Positions 1-11,705 of a stretch of 64,000 nucleotides of DNA are shown here, piece by piece. Source of the stretch: Azolla caroliniana (taxonomy: Eukaryota > Plantae > Polypodiophyta); NCBI GenBank assembly GCA_043228905.1, contig JBHGNT010000029.1:310001-374000 (forward strand), given 5' to 3'. The translations under genes and the position numbers were made by a program. Numbering within the stretch: the stretch's first letter is position 1; each line of letters opens with the position of its first letter. The notes under the pieces were generated by a model, which saw only the letters and a list, made by a program, of their open reading frames with translations, had not been told where the DNA came from and made no database searches.

Positions 1-379
1 TGGAATTAAGGGTAAGGGATAATGATTACGCACAGTAACTTTGTTGAGACCTCGATAATCCACACATAGTCGTAATGAGTCGTCCTTCTTCTTGACAAAT
101 AAGATTGGGGCCCCCGCTGGTGATTTAGAGGGTTGAATGAAGCCCTTCGCGAGGTTTTCATCAAGATATGTTCAGAGAGCCTTAAATTCTGGGTCAGAAA
201 GCCCAACGTCCATTCGAGCTTTTTATAACATTTGCAAAATGCTTTAGAGGCCATTCGAGCTTTTCATCAACAGTACCCACATAAGCCAGCCATTGGTCTT
301 AGGAGGCCACTGTAGGGGGAGTTTAATGTCATAAACCTAGAATCTATATGCCAATGTGGAAAGTGGGGGTTGAACCCAA

Positions 380-1575
380 GTGACGAGAGTGGTCGAGTAT
401 GAGCACTTTTCCATAAACAAGTTTGAGAGTCTGAGTATCACATGGTACAATACTCTGTATGAGTCCGGCTATACTAGCTCATGGTATGGCATGATGGTGA
501 TTTGGCTTCTTGCGAACAGTCTAGACATTAATAACCTCCCTCCCCTTAGGTACAACGACGCAATTGGTAACACTTTAATCTCTCATGAGGACCGCAATAA
601 AGTAATACGCCAAGAAATATGGCAAATTTACACTCGGTATAAATGGATCACCCCACTAGAGCCACTCCCATCTAAAATGTTGTACTATAAGGAACACTTC
701 GTGCACTTCTCTAAGTTAGGTTTTATTACGTGGCCAAAATATCTAGATGTATTCTTACCACATGCACTAAGGGTTGCCATTGGACAACTTAGAATATCAT
801 CTCACCAACTTGAGATTTAGAATGGGCGTACTAATGGAGTCCCTAGGAAGGAAAGGATATGTAGGTTATGCCACATAGAGATAGAGGATGGGTACCACTT
901 TACATGCAAGTGTCCCACCTACGCCGAGATAAGAGCAAAATACCAAGACATACTTGGTTCCTCTCCTACCCTCCCCAAACTATTAGATACTCTAGATATA
1001 AAGAAATTAGGCAAAATCTACATCCTAGACCTAAAACAACACAAAGAGAATAAGTTACAAAATGCGATAATAATGTTGCTAATGTTCACCAACATGTAAG
1101 AAATGAAGTTTTTCAGGAACATGGGGAGACAACGAATGTCATCACACCTGCATCACTCGACCTTTTCCTTGATGAAGCATAAAATCAAAGAAGAACCAAA
1201 CGCCCTCAGATGTTGGGTTTTAAAGCAACTCGACGTGGTGTAGAAGCAATAAAGAAAATAAGGGAACGTGAGTTACACCGCCTAGAAGTCATGCCTGGGG
1301 CACTCTATACTCTGAGACCATGGGTCACACCCACACCAAAACCCTTTGACCTCCCACTTCTTTTCGAGAGGCTTGGGTGGAAATGAAATTAGGCTTAGTG
1401 CAAGGTCACTTCCTTTGATCGAGTATACCACGTTTTGTACACCACTAGAACTCTTTAGTTTAAGTTCTCTTTTTACTTTATTTTATTTTAGTTTTGATGA
1501 TTGGATAAATACCCATTTTGTTGTAAATCAACTGTCTCAAAGGGCAATTTTGGCGTTAAGAAGACATTAATATAT
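380..1575 (+). mobile_element. Decayed non-LTR retrotransposon (LINE) 3' fragment: post-RT C-terminal Cys/His region plus 3' UTR
   Basis: ORF 380-820 ends in ALRVAIGQLRISSHQLEI and continues past a stop as NGR..PRKERICRLCHIEIEDGYHFTCKCPTYAEIR, the LRxxSHxLxIExGR...CxxC...ExxxHxxxxC motif of LINE ORF2 C-termini. Boundaries are approximate. Confidence 0.65.
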
Positions 1576-1588
1576 CTTTCTTTCTGTC

Positions 1589-1802
1589 TTTGATCATATT
1601 TGACCATGCTTTCCACAAATCTTCAATCAAGCCCAATTCTTGCACAAATTTCTCTCACAACACAACGTGCACTCTCGACTGCAACATTCATTGGTAAAGT
1701 TCTTGAACATCTAGAGTTGATACTCACTTTCACATGTATTATGTGAAATGTAATGTTTTTGGTCTCATAGGTCATAGTTGACCTCCAAAGACGATAATAG
1801 AA
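1589..1802 (+). mobile_element. Short LINE-3'-derived dispersed repeat (same family as 36865-37246, 36338-36400 and 31188-31262)
   Basis: Reads FDHI*PCFPQIFNQAQFLHKFLSQ, matching FDHIRPCFPHLFDRAQSLHEFLSQ of the minus-strand copy. Shares the motif gcaacattcattggtaaagtt. Confidence 0.6.
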
Positions 1803-2224
1803 TCTATCGATCTCTCCATTTCTCACTCTACTTGAGATAACAATGTTAAACACACATTTGAAGCCAAACTTTATAATCCTTTTGTATGTGTGATCCTTTT
1901 GTATGTGTCGGGGTGGTTGTGATTCATGCGGCGAAGTCGCAGGGACTAAGGTTAAAGGGAGTCGGCTATATATTTTATAAGGCTTTGTGCATTGATGTTA
2001 GGAAGAAGAAGAGTTAAAAGTATTGTGTGACAAAGAGAGAAGCGTAGATAAGAGACAGAGACAATATATGACTTAAGAAGCAAGAGTATATGATATGAAC
2101 ATGAGTTATATTAAGAATGTAAGATTTTACCACAAAGATTAAGGATAACAAGAATAAAAATTGAAAGTAATGTACGAGAGAGAGATGATCAACATAATAG
2201 AACTCTCATCTGAACATTTTTTCG

Positions 2225-2818
2225 TATAAAGACAAGGATCCTCATTGCTTCTAATGCACCCCAGAGTCTTCATAAAAGTATCAAACTTTTGGTACCACAA
2301 GCTTGGGGACTGCTTAAGCTCTTCTTGAGTTTACATACCAAGTCTTCTTTGCCTGAGACTTCAGAACATTCAAGTTGTTCCATATAGATCTCCTCATCAA
2401 GATCCCCCTGCAAGAAAGCAGTCTTTACATCCATTTGGACTAATTCTAAGTCTTGATTCGCAACCAATGCAAGCAACATACGCAATGTAGTCATCTTAAC
2501 TATAGGAGAGAAAATTTTGTCAAAGTCAACTCCTTGTTCTTGCTTGAAACCTTTTGCTACCAAGTGGGCTTTGTACTTCATGCGAACGTCATAGAGCTTT
2601 CTCATAAAAAACACTTTGTTTGTTGTGGTTTCCTTCTCATATGTACTGCATAACTTTTTCCAAAGTTCTTTGGAATTTTTACTGTCTAAAACAGTGAAAT
2701 AGACACTATCTGCCAAGTGCAGTCTTATCGTAAACATGGTCAAAGCATCAAGTTCTTCCCAATCATCATCATCCATGTTATCCAGCTTCTTTGCTTTGCC
2801 GCCTAGAGGTCTCGTTTG
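2225..2818 (-). mobile_element. Old Ty1/Copia remnant with gag fused directly to RT (large internal deletion); 3' part
   Basis: ORF 2270-2917 has gag-like WEELDALTMFTIRLHL..LWKKL followed directly by RT motifs YKAHLVAKGFKQ and QMDVKTAFLQGDLDEEIYMEQ. It is interrupted by the younger Copia at 2819. Confidence 0.75.
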
Positions 2819-3315
2819 TGTTAGGAAACAGGTCCCTCGGGATGGGAAGTGAGAAGAACCATGTTGATGAGCAACTCGACCGAGGCCGAAACTGGAAATC
2901 GTGGAGATAGCCAACACGGAAGGCTAAGTTTGTAAATAGTCGAAAGGTTACATTAGTACTTAGGGCAATCATCTTAGATAAGTGCATTATTGAAAAAGTT
3001 ACTGTTGACGAGGTTGTTGCCTCTGGAAAACTGTGAGAGTGAATGAGTGTGAGTGGAAGCGTGTGAGCTCCATAGCCGCCTGTTGGCGAAGCAGGATCTC
3101 GAGGTCGTTGCCTCTGAGATCTCTGATTGTATTCCTTTCTCTCATAGTGTTCTGTTTCGGAGTTTGTGGACTCCACGTGGTTTTTTCCCAGTTCGAGTTT
3201 CCACGTTAAAATCTGTGTCATTCTCAATTTCTGTATTCTGTTTTTCCTTTCCATTAGATTGACTATTATTCTGCACACGTACAACCGGTTGTGGCCGGCA
3301 ACGATTTTAACTTCA
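2819..3315 (+). repeat. 5' LTR
   Basis: Direct repeat of 6845-7341 with about 15 substitutions counted by eye, mostly transitions. Confidence 0.95.
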
Positions 3316-3344
3316 ATATGGTATCAGAGCGAGCAACACAGAAA

Positions 3345-6300
3345 ATGGAAGGAGGCGGGAGCGGCTTCCCAGGTATGATGGTTCTAAATTCACAGAACTA
3401 TGCAGAGTGGAAGATTAAGATGGAAGAACTTCTCATTGTAAAAGACCTGTACGAGCCAATCGACAGATTGGAAATACCAAAGGGGGTATTGGAGTCGGAT
3501 TGGAAGCTTCTGAATAGGAAAGTCGTGGCCACTATCCGACAGTGTGTCGACGTAAGTGTCCTTCAGCACGTGGCGAACGACACGAATGCCCACGAGATGT
3601 GGCAGAAGCTGTCGAGTCTTTATGAGAGGAAGAATGCGCTCAACAGAACCTCATTGATGAGGAAAATAGTAAACCTGAAATACAAAGACGGCGAGTCTAG
3701 CATGGTTGAACACGTAAGCACATTCATGGGGTATGTAAATCAACTTGCAGGGATCAAGTGCCCCTTGGATGATGCAATGCAGGCAATCATGCTGATGTGT
3801 ACGTTGCCGGAAAGATGGGAGAACTTGGTGGTTACTCTCAGCACCTCCTGCCAAGAAGAGAACTTGTCTTTGCAGACGGTGAAGACAAGAATCCTGAACG
3901 AGGTGGCACGTGTCGGAAGGACAAGGAATCGATCCCCGACTCAAAAGCGCTCCTTTCCGAATCGAAACGTGGAAGACAAAGGAACCGGAGTCCCCAGAAC
4001 CGGTAAAAATCGGGGACACGGTCAAAGTCAAGAGGGAGGCCTACTTGCTTCTACTGTGGGAAGCCCGGGCACTTCCAGAAGAACTATCGGCATTTCCGGA
4101 AAGACAAGGAAATCGACAGTACCAATTCGAAGAAGTCATCAGACCGAAACGGTTCGGATCGGCGAGGGCAGGACCGGAAAGGAAAGACGGCAATCGCGGC
4201 AAACGAAGAGGAGCTAATGCTTATCACTGAGGAGAGTGAGCTAAACCTTGCCGGCGACGAGATGACCTGGGTGGTCGATTCCAAAGCGTCGTTCCACCTA
4301 ACCCTGGATAGAAAATGCTTCTCATCCTACTTGCCGGTGACCAAGGCCATGTTTGGATGGGGAATGAAGGTACATGCCGAACTGTCGGCATAGGAGATGT
4401 GTGGTTGACGACATCAACCGGATGCAAGATGCTGCTGAAGGATGTTCGACATGTTCTGGAGGTTCGATTGAACCTAATATTCGGCTAGATGATGAAGGCT
4501 ACACAGGTAGCATCCGGAACAGTGTTATGAAGTTCAGCAAAGGGAGCCTAATTGTGGCTCGGGCCCAGAAAGTTAACACTCTGTACCTGGTGAATGCCCG
4601 GTTATGTCCGGAGGAAGTGAATGTGGCATCCGACATTGCCGGTGAGCTGTGGCACAAGAGGCTGTGTCACATGAGCGAGAAGGGGATGAAGAGGCTTGCA
4701 CACGACAACCTCATTCCAGTGAAGAACGTGCACTTGGAGAAGTGCATTGATTGTCTGGCCGGTAAACAAAACCGAACCTCCTTCCGATCGAGGCCACCGG
4801 AGAGGAAAGTTAGATCCGAAGACCCGGCCATGCATATTCCTCAGTTATGGCGACGATGAGTTCGGCTACCGAGTGTGGGACCCGGTCGACCAGAAAGTAT
4901 TCCGGAGTCGAGATATTATCTTTATGGAGGACAAGACGCTCGCCGATTGGGAGTCGGAGAAGAAGATAATGAACTCCGAGTCAACCGTTAAGGAAAAATT
5001 TCGATTTGATGAAATGCAGTTCCAACCGACAAGAAGCCGGTTAGCAATCGATGAACTGGCCGGTGACGGTGAGGTGACAAAACCGGCCGAAGAAGAAGGA
5101 ATAGGTGAAACCGAAACCGGACAAGACCCCGAATCGGATTCGGATGAAGAGCAAATGGAGGAGTCGGTTACCGAAGCCCAAGGACGCAGATATCCTCTTA
5201 GAGAGAGAAGGCCCCCGCGGAGATTTCCGGATCCAGAGCACGTGTTGCTAACCGATGAGGGGGAGCCAGAAAGCTTCGAGGAAGCTAAAAGTGACGCCCA
5301 TAGCCGCAAATGGTTAAGTGCCATGCAGGATGAGATGGATTCCCTGCATGAGAACCATACATACGAATTGGTGGAGTTGCCGAAAGGAAAGCGGGCACTC
5401 CGAAACAAGTGGGTGTACAAGTTGAAACCGGGAGATGTCGGCAACCCCCCGAGATACAAAGCCAGGATCGTGGTGAAGGGGTTCCAGCAGAAGAAGGGCG
5501 TGGACTTCGATGAGATATTTGCCCCGGTAGTAAAGATGACTTCTGTCTGGACGGTGCTGAGTATAGTGGCAAGCATGGACCTCGAGGTAGAGTAGCTGGA
5601 CGTGAAGACGACATTCCTTCACGGTGACCTCGAAGAGGAGATCTACATGCAGCAACCGGAAAGATTCGTGGAGAAAGGGGAGGAGCACCTGGTTTGCCGG
5701 TTGAAGAAGAGCTTGTACGGACTGAAGCAGGCTCCCCGACAATGGTACCGGAAGTTCGACTCCTTCATGACCGACCAAGGGTATCACAAAACGCAAACCG
5801 ATCACTTCGTGTTTGTGAAGAAGTTCGAAGGAGGCGACTTCCTGATACTCCTTCTGTACGTGGACGACATGTTGATCGTCGGACGAGACCAAGTTAAAAT
5901 ACGGATGCTGAAGAAGGCTCTCAACCGAACTTTCTCAATGAAAGACTTGGGCCCGGCAAGACAGATACTGGGGATGCACATCATCCGTGACCGGTCAAAG
6001 AAGCAATTGTGGTTGTCACAGGAGAAATACATGACAAAGGTGCTTCAGCGGTTCAACATGTTAGAAGCGAAACCGGTCGGATCGACACTCCCGGCAAATT
6101 GCAGATTATCTGATAAGGAAAGCCCGAAGACGAAAGCAGAGAAGGCGGATATGAAGAAGGTTCCATATGCCTCTGCCGTCAGGAGCTTAATGTACGCAAT
6201 GGGGTGTACTCGACCGGATATTGGATACGCAGTCGGAGTGGTGAGCCGGTTTATGAGCAATCCCGGCAAGGAGCACTGGAACGCGGTCAAATGGATACTC

Positions 6301-6834
6301 CGGTACTTGAAGGGCACTTCGAATATGTGTCTCCAATTCGGCTCCGGTAAACCTCAACTTGATAGTTTTACCGATTCGGACATGTCGGCTGATGTGGATA
6401 TTAGCCGGTCTACATCCGGGTATGTAATGACATGTGCAGGGGGAGCTGTTTCGTGGCAATCGAGGCTGCAGAAGACGGTTGCGTTGTCAACAACGGAGGC
6501 GGAGTACATGGCGGTTGTTGAAGCCGACAAAGAAATATTATGGATGAAGGACTTCATCGGAGAGCTCGGTATCCGGCAAGATGAATACCGGCTCTATTGC
6601 GACAGTCAAAGTGCCATCCACCTTGCTAAGAACGCAGCGTACCATTCCAGGACGAAGCACATCCAGCGTAGGTATCACTGGATCCGGGAGAGAGTAGAAG
6701 ATCGAGAGTTCACGCTGACAAAGATCCACACGGTCGAGAACGGGTCAGATATGCTGACCAAAGTACTGATACCCGACAAGCTGGATGCATGTCGGAAGTG
6801 GATCAGACTAGTAAGACATCCCATGCCGGAGTGA
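3345..6834 (+). pseudogene. Copia gag-pol, frameshifted and interrupted by stops
   Basis: Gag LNSQNYAEWKIKM, WVVDS protease, LWHKRLCHMSEK, RT YKARIVVKGFQQ and LYVDDML, RNaseH TDSDM..AEY..YCDSQSAI..DMLTK. Confidence 0.9.
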
Positions 6835-6844
6835 AGGGGGAGTT

Positions 6845-7341
6845 TGTTAGGAAACAGGTCCCTCGGGATGGGAAGTGAGAAGAACCATGTTGATGAGCAA
6901 CTCGACCGAGGCCAAAACCGGAAATCGTGGAGATAGCCAACACGGAAGGCTAAGTTTGTAAATAGTCAAAAGGTTACATTAGTACTTAGGGCAATCATGT
7001 TAGATAAGTGCATTATTGAAAAAGTTACTGTTGACGAGGTTGTTGCCTCTGGAAAATTGTGAGAGTGAATGAGTGTGATTGGAAGCGTTTGAGCTCCATA
7101 GCTACCTGTTGGCGAAGCAGGATCTCGAGGTTGTTGCCTCTGAGATCTCTGATTGTATTCCTTTCTCTCATAGTGTTCTGTTTCGGAGTTTGTGGACTCC
7201 ACGTGGTTTTTTCCCAATTCAAGTTTCCACGTTAAAATCTGTGTCATTCTTAGTTTCTGTATTCTGTTTTTCCTTTCCATTAGATTGACTATTATTCCGC
7301 ACACGTACAACCGGTTGTGGCCGGCAACGATTTTAACTTCA
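6845..7341 (+). repeat. 3' LTR
   Basis: Direct repeat of 2819-3315, preceded by the PPT and followed by the TSD. Confidence 0.95.
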
Positions 7342-7500
7342 GTTTGCTTTCTTTGAACCAATACATCATGCATCTAATTCTTCCACAAAGCAAAATTAGA
7401 TCCATCAAATTAGCAGATCTCAATATGATCTTTTCCAAGAAACAAATAATTCTTACATGAACTATTACGACCAATAGAAGTGCTACTAGATGCATCCCAT
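7342..7500 (-). mobile_element. 5' (gag N-terminal) part of the old Copia remnant at 2225-2818
   Basis: Minus strand reads FDGSNFALW..MHDVLVQRKQ, which joins TRPLGGKAKK on the other side of the 2819-7341 insertion once one TSD copy is removed. Confidence 0.7.
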
Positions 7501-7786
7501 GTTTCGGACTCCATGGGAGTGAACAACAGTATCAAACAAGTGAGCACAAGAACTTCTCAACTAAATACTAGAAGCAACCAACCTATTGCCCAACAAATCT
7601 CAAAATGATACTGATGAGTGCGTATAACAAGCACCAGTATGCATGCACCTTCCAAATATCAACTACAACTGGCATATGTTTCTAAAATCACAAGTTGTAG
7701 GCATTTGATATGCTTCGAAATTGATTCCAACTCTCTACCGAATGTAGTGAGGTCTCCCACCACAACTTATATCCAACAACATTTAT

Positions 7787-7811
7787 GGGTAAAAGCATGC
7801 GAGTGGAAACA
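7787..7811 (+). repeat. Left terminal inverted repeat
   Basis: 25 bp, two mismatches to the reverse complement of 18114-18138. Followed by TAGCTAATTAGCTA at 7818-7831. Confidence 0.92.
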
Positions 7812-8339
7812 CTATTATAGCTAATTAGCTACTAAAATGGCCATAGCTAATGAGCTATTTGTTTATCTAGTCTTTTTTGTGGGAAAATCAAATATTTGAA
7901 AAACTAATTTATGAAAAAACTCAAATATTTGAACTTCTGTTTTAGACATAGTGGAACTTGGGGAATATCACCATCATCTAAGGTCGACTTCAATGTCATC
8001 AATTTCCTGTTTAGCCTAAGTCTGATTTTGAACGCAGATGGAGTACTCAGAGCACGAACGCAGACGTAGCTCCCGCAACAGCAAAAAATCGACATTGCAG
8101 ATTGAGAGCTACAACACAGAACCCGCTCGATCATTGTCCAGGTATGTTTCAGTTACAGAAACCCCAAACATTTGTTTTTTCTTTTTGACTACTGTCTGAA
8201 CTTTGGTGCCGATTCATATTTCCCCAAAATCGAATAGGGCGAAGTCCTTGGAGTCCCATACAAGGATGTCTCGCAAATCGGGGAGTAGCAACAGGTGTGT
8301 TTATATTACTTTTTTTGCGTTTAATCCTGTCTTTAGTGA

Positions 8340-8905
8340 TGATTGGGGTTTCTGATTGAAATTTCTGATTAGGGTTTTTGTTTATAAATTTCTGATTAGA
8401 ATTTCTGATTAGGGTTTGTGATTGAAATTTCTGATTAGGGTTTCTAATTGAAATTTCTAATTAGGGTTTTTGATTATAAATTTCTGATTAGAATTTCTGA
8501 ATAGGGTTTCTGGTTACAAATTTTGATTACAAATTAGAATTTCTGAATAGGGTTTTTGTTTATAAATTTCTGCTTAGGATTTCTGATTAGGGTTTGTGAT
8601 TGAAATTTTTGATTAGGGTTTCTGATTGAAATTTCTGATTAGGGTTTTTGATTATAAATTTCTGATTAGAATTTCTGAATAAGGTTTCTGGTTACAAACT
8701 TCTGATTACAGATTTTGATTAGGGTTTCTGATTTCAAACTTCTGATTACAGATTTTGATTAGGGTTTCTGATTTCAAATTTCTGAATACAAATTATGATT
8801 AGGGTTTCTGATTTGCTAAGTTAAAGATTTTGCACCATTTTTGTTGTTGTTGATTGGGGTTTCTGATTCTCACATATTCTGATTTTGCACTATTTCTGAT
8901 TTCTG
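8340..8905. repeat. About 13-bp degenerate minisatellite with telobox-like TAGGGTTT, in intron 1 of gene A
   Basis: Alternating GATTAGGGTTTCT / GATTGAAATTTCT / GATTAGAATTTCT units within intron 8295-8919. Confidence 0.85.
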
Positions 8906-10254
8906 AAATGATATTTCAGATGGCTCGTTCCTCCGTATACGAGAGTGCTAAACTTCGCAAAATTTTGCGAGACAAAGGAGAACTTGCACAACACCTATGG
9001 TCTGTCACTCGAGGGTGTTGACCCTGCTGTCCTAAGTGATAAATTGATCAGTGATATAGACTGGATGACAGTATATACAGTGCCTAGAGTCAAAGGCAAG
9101 GTCAAGCTGAAGCATGTACGAGCCGACTTGTACGATGACTGCATGAGACTGCACCAGAAAGTTCATCAAGAGATCCCAGTCAACAATGAGTTGTCAGTTT
9201 CATTTGCTAGAGCATTTGCATATGAGTACTGCAAAACAGCGAAGGAATCTAGAGACCCTGAAATGTATAGGGTAGCTTGGGCAGTCTATGGTGAGGCATC
9301 GGTAAAAAGATGCCGAAAGATGGGGACCTTGGCACAAAAAATAGACAGATTTTGGAGCATGGCAGCTGTTGATGCAACTGCCGACTCCCAGCAAGACCGG
9401 GGGCATACACCACACTGACACCCAAGGAAAGCCAATGTCGATGATACAGGTGAGACATTGGTTAGCTATATGCTAAAAAATGTCCATGAAGCCTGTGAGA
9501 CATTGGCATTTTTTAAGACTGATTTAGAGAAAGCCACAATGGCTTCTGCAATGGAGAGCAAAGTTACTTCCGCTGTTACAACAATTAGAAATAAGATTCA
9601 GGTAACTATTGTTTTGCTGGTATGTGATTGTGTTATAAATAACGGGTAAAATGTGCTAATCAAGCATTATCTGGAATAGGTTGCGCAACAGGAGCTTGAA
9701 TTAGAGGGGCCACTGGATCCCCAGCGTAAAATAGAACTGCAAATAGAGATCCAGGTTCTTTCAATGAACCTGGACCTTCTAGGTGTAAATACTGTTGCAG
9801 ATTACAATTTGGATAAGCTTCAAGTAAGTTAACGATTCCTAAGCAAAGTTGGTGTATCTTTCAACAACAAGAATAATTAATCGGTAAATTTCTCTGTTGC
9901 GTTGAAGGAACAATACATTCATCAAGAACAGGTAGTTAGCTGCCTTAAGAAGCAACTACATTTTGTCGAGGGAATGGTAAGGACCAGACAGGATTTGGAC
10001 CTGAACATTCTTGCTCCCTTACCAAATGAAGTAGAACCAGAAAATGATTTATTGACAGTTCAAGCACGTTGCATCGCTTGCGGGTTAGGTGTGGAGGACA
10101 AAACTACGTCTTTGTTGGTTCACCTACAACCATGCAACCACACATACCATCTGCTTTGTTTTCAACATGCCTGTCGAATTGCTGCATTCTGTTTGGGAGA
10201 TTGCAGTATAACTCTACCAAATGAGTGGAGAAAACTAACAGGTATACCATACTG

Positions 10255-10900
10255 TAGCTAATAAGCTTAGTCTTTTCTAATTAGCTATCCTACTAGCTAA
10301 TTAGCTACTGGTAGCTAATGAGCTACTAGCTAATTAGCTATCCTAGTAGCTAATTAGCTATGGTACTAGCTAATTAGCTAGTACCATAGTTGTGTAAAGA
10401 AGCTAAATAGCTATCCTACTAGCTAATTAGCCACTGGCAACTAATTAGCTATCCTCGTAACTAATTAACTACTGCCATAGTTGTGTAAAGTAGCTAATAA
10501 GCTATCCTAGTAGCTAATTAGCTACTAGCAGCTAATTAGCTATCCTACTAGCTAATTAGCTACTGGCAACTAATTAGCTATCCTACTAGCGAATTAGCTA
10601 TCCTAGTAGCTAATTAGCTACTGGCAACTAATTAGCTATCCTACTAGCTAATTAGCTATCATAGTAGCTAATTAGCTACTGCCATAGTTGTGTAAAGTAG
10701 CTAATAAGCTATCCTAGTAGCTAATTAGCTACTGGCAGCTAATTAGCTGTCCTAGTAGCTAATTAGCTATCCTAGCTACTACCATAGTTGAGTAAAGTAC
10801 CTAATTAGCTATCATACTAGCTAATTAGCTATCGTACTAGCTAATTAGCTATCCTAGCTTCTACCATAGTTTAGTAAAGTAGCTAATTAGCTATCCTAAA
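10255..10900. repeat. Palindromic TAGCTAATTAGCTA array in intron 4 of gene A
   Basis: Dozens of copies of the 14-bp palindrome separated by short spacers, within intron 10242-10920. Confidence 0.95.
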
Positions 10901-11705
10901 TAACTGTCATGTTATTGTAGAATCTTGTGGATTAAGGACGACACATGATGTGTCTGGTGCTGATGATGCTGCAACAGATGAGGATACTACTGCCAATGTG
11001 GCTGAAAGTAAGAGTCTTGCTATCACATCTCCTTCAGATCAGCTCCACCCTATTCTTTTGGAACAGTGTACTGAATTAGGCAACGATGTGAAATGCCATG
11101 AAATAGTGGAAACAACATGTAAAACTGAGGTTCACAACAACAGTGCTTATGAACACTTGATGCAACATTTCTTCGAGTCTCAAGACCTTGATTCCACCCG
11201 ACCGAGCCCAACTACTGAAAATGTCCAAACAGATCCCTCTGTACTTGAAAAGCTAGTTCAAGAAACGACTGATGTGCAATTAGCTGCTGAGGTGATGGGA
11301 AGGTTGTCGGAGGAGGACACACTTGCGCATTGGGTGAAAGAAGCAAGGCTAAATGGGGAACCAACCAGAAAAAGGCTGAAGAAGGGGCCACGATCGGGAA
11401 TAAGACCAGTTACTCGGTCAAGGGGCCCAGACGTAGTGGAGCGAAATACTGTTTAGTTGGATATGATTGTTAGCTTAGGGATTTTGCTAGGGTTTTATGA
11501 AGTTTTACTATCCTGTTGGACAAGTAAAACCTCAGATTGGTTGTTGCTTGATCCACATTATGTAATGGAACTCTATGATGTTTTTCCAAGATAATTTGAA
11601 GAGTGTTGTTCTATGACTGAAACTCTTTGATGTTCAGGATATTGTTTTGTGAGACTATTAGTTACTTTGTGAGTGTGAATATGTTGGTGTTTTCTGATGT
11701 TGCAG

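Larger units (their letters stand above)
2819..7341 (+). mobile_element. Ty1/Copia LTR retrotransposon with both LTRs, non-autonomous (integrase core deleted)
   Basis: 497-bp LTRs at 2819-3315 and 6845-7341 (TG...CA). TSD GTTTG at 2814-2818 and 7342-7346. tRNA-Met PBS TGGTATCAGAGC at 3319-3330. PPT GAAGGGGGAG before the 3' LTR. Order gag-PR-(GAG-pre-integrase)-RT-RNaseH. Confidence 0.97.
8266..11456 (+). pseudogene. Transposon accessory gene A: coiled-coil + RING-H2-like + acidic/basic tail, about 574 codons with one internal TGA
   Basis: Exons 8266-8294, 8920-9601, 9680-9823, 9908-10241 and 10921-11456, all GT-AG and frame-consistent (1725 nt). A single in-frame TGA at 9416-9418. RING-like CIAC-x17-CNHTYHLLC-x10-CLGDC. 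Confidence 0.75.

Noticed and set aside
4866-5892. Long antisense ORFs over Copia pol (and similar ones over other elements and genes)
   Set aside because: These are shadow frames of coding sequence with no recognisable motifs.
8340-8905. Interstitial telomere or chromosome-fusion scar
   Set aside because: There is no (TTTAGGG)n 7-bp periodicity; the motif is embedded in 13-bp units within a spliceable intron.
8920-9021. ATG at 8920 as the start of gene A
   Set aside because: That frame stops after about 33 codons, whereas splicing from the exon at 8266-8294 gives the long frame.
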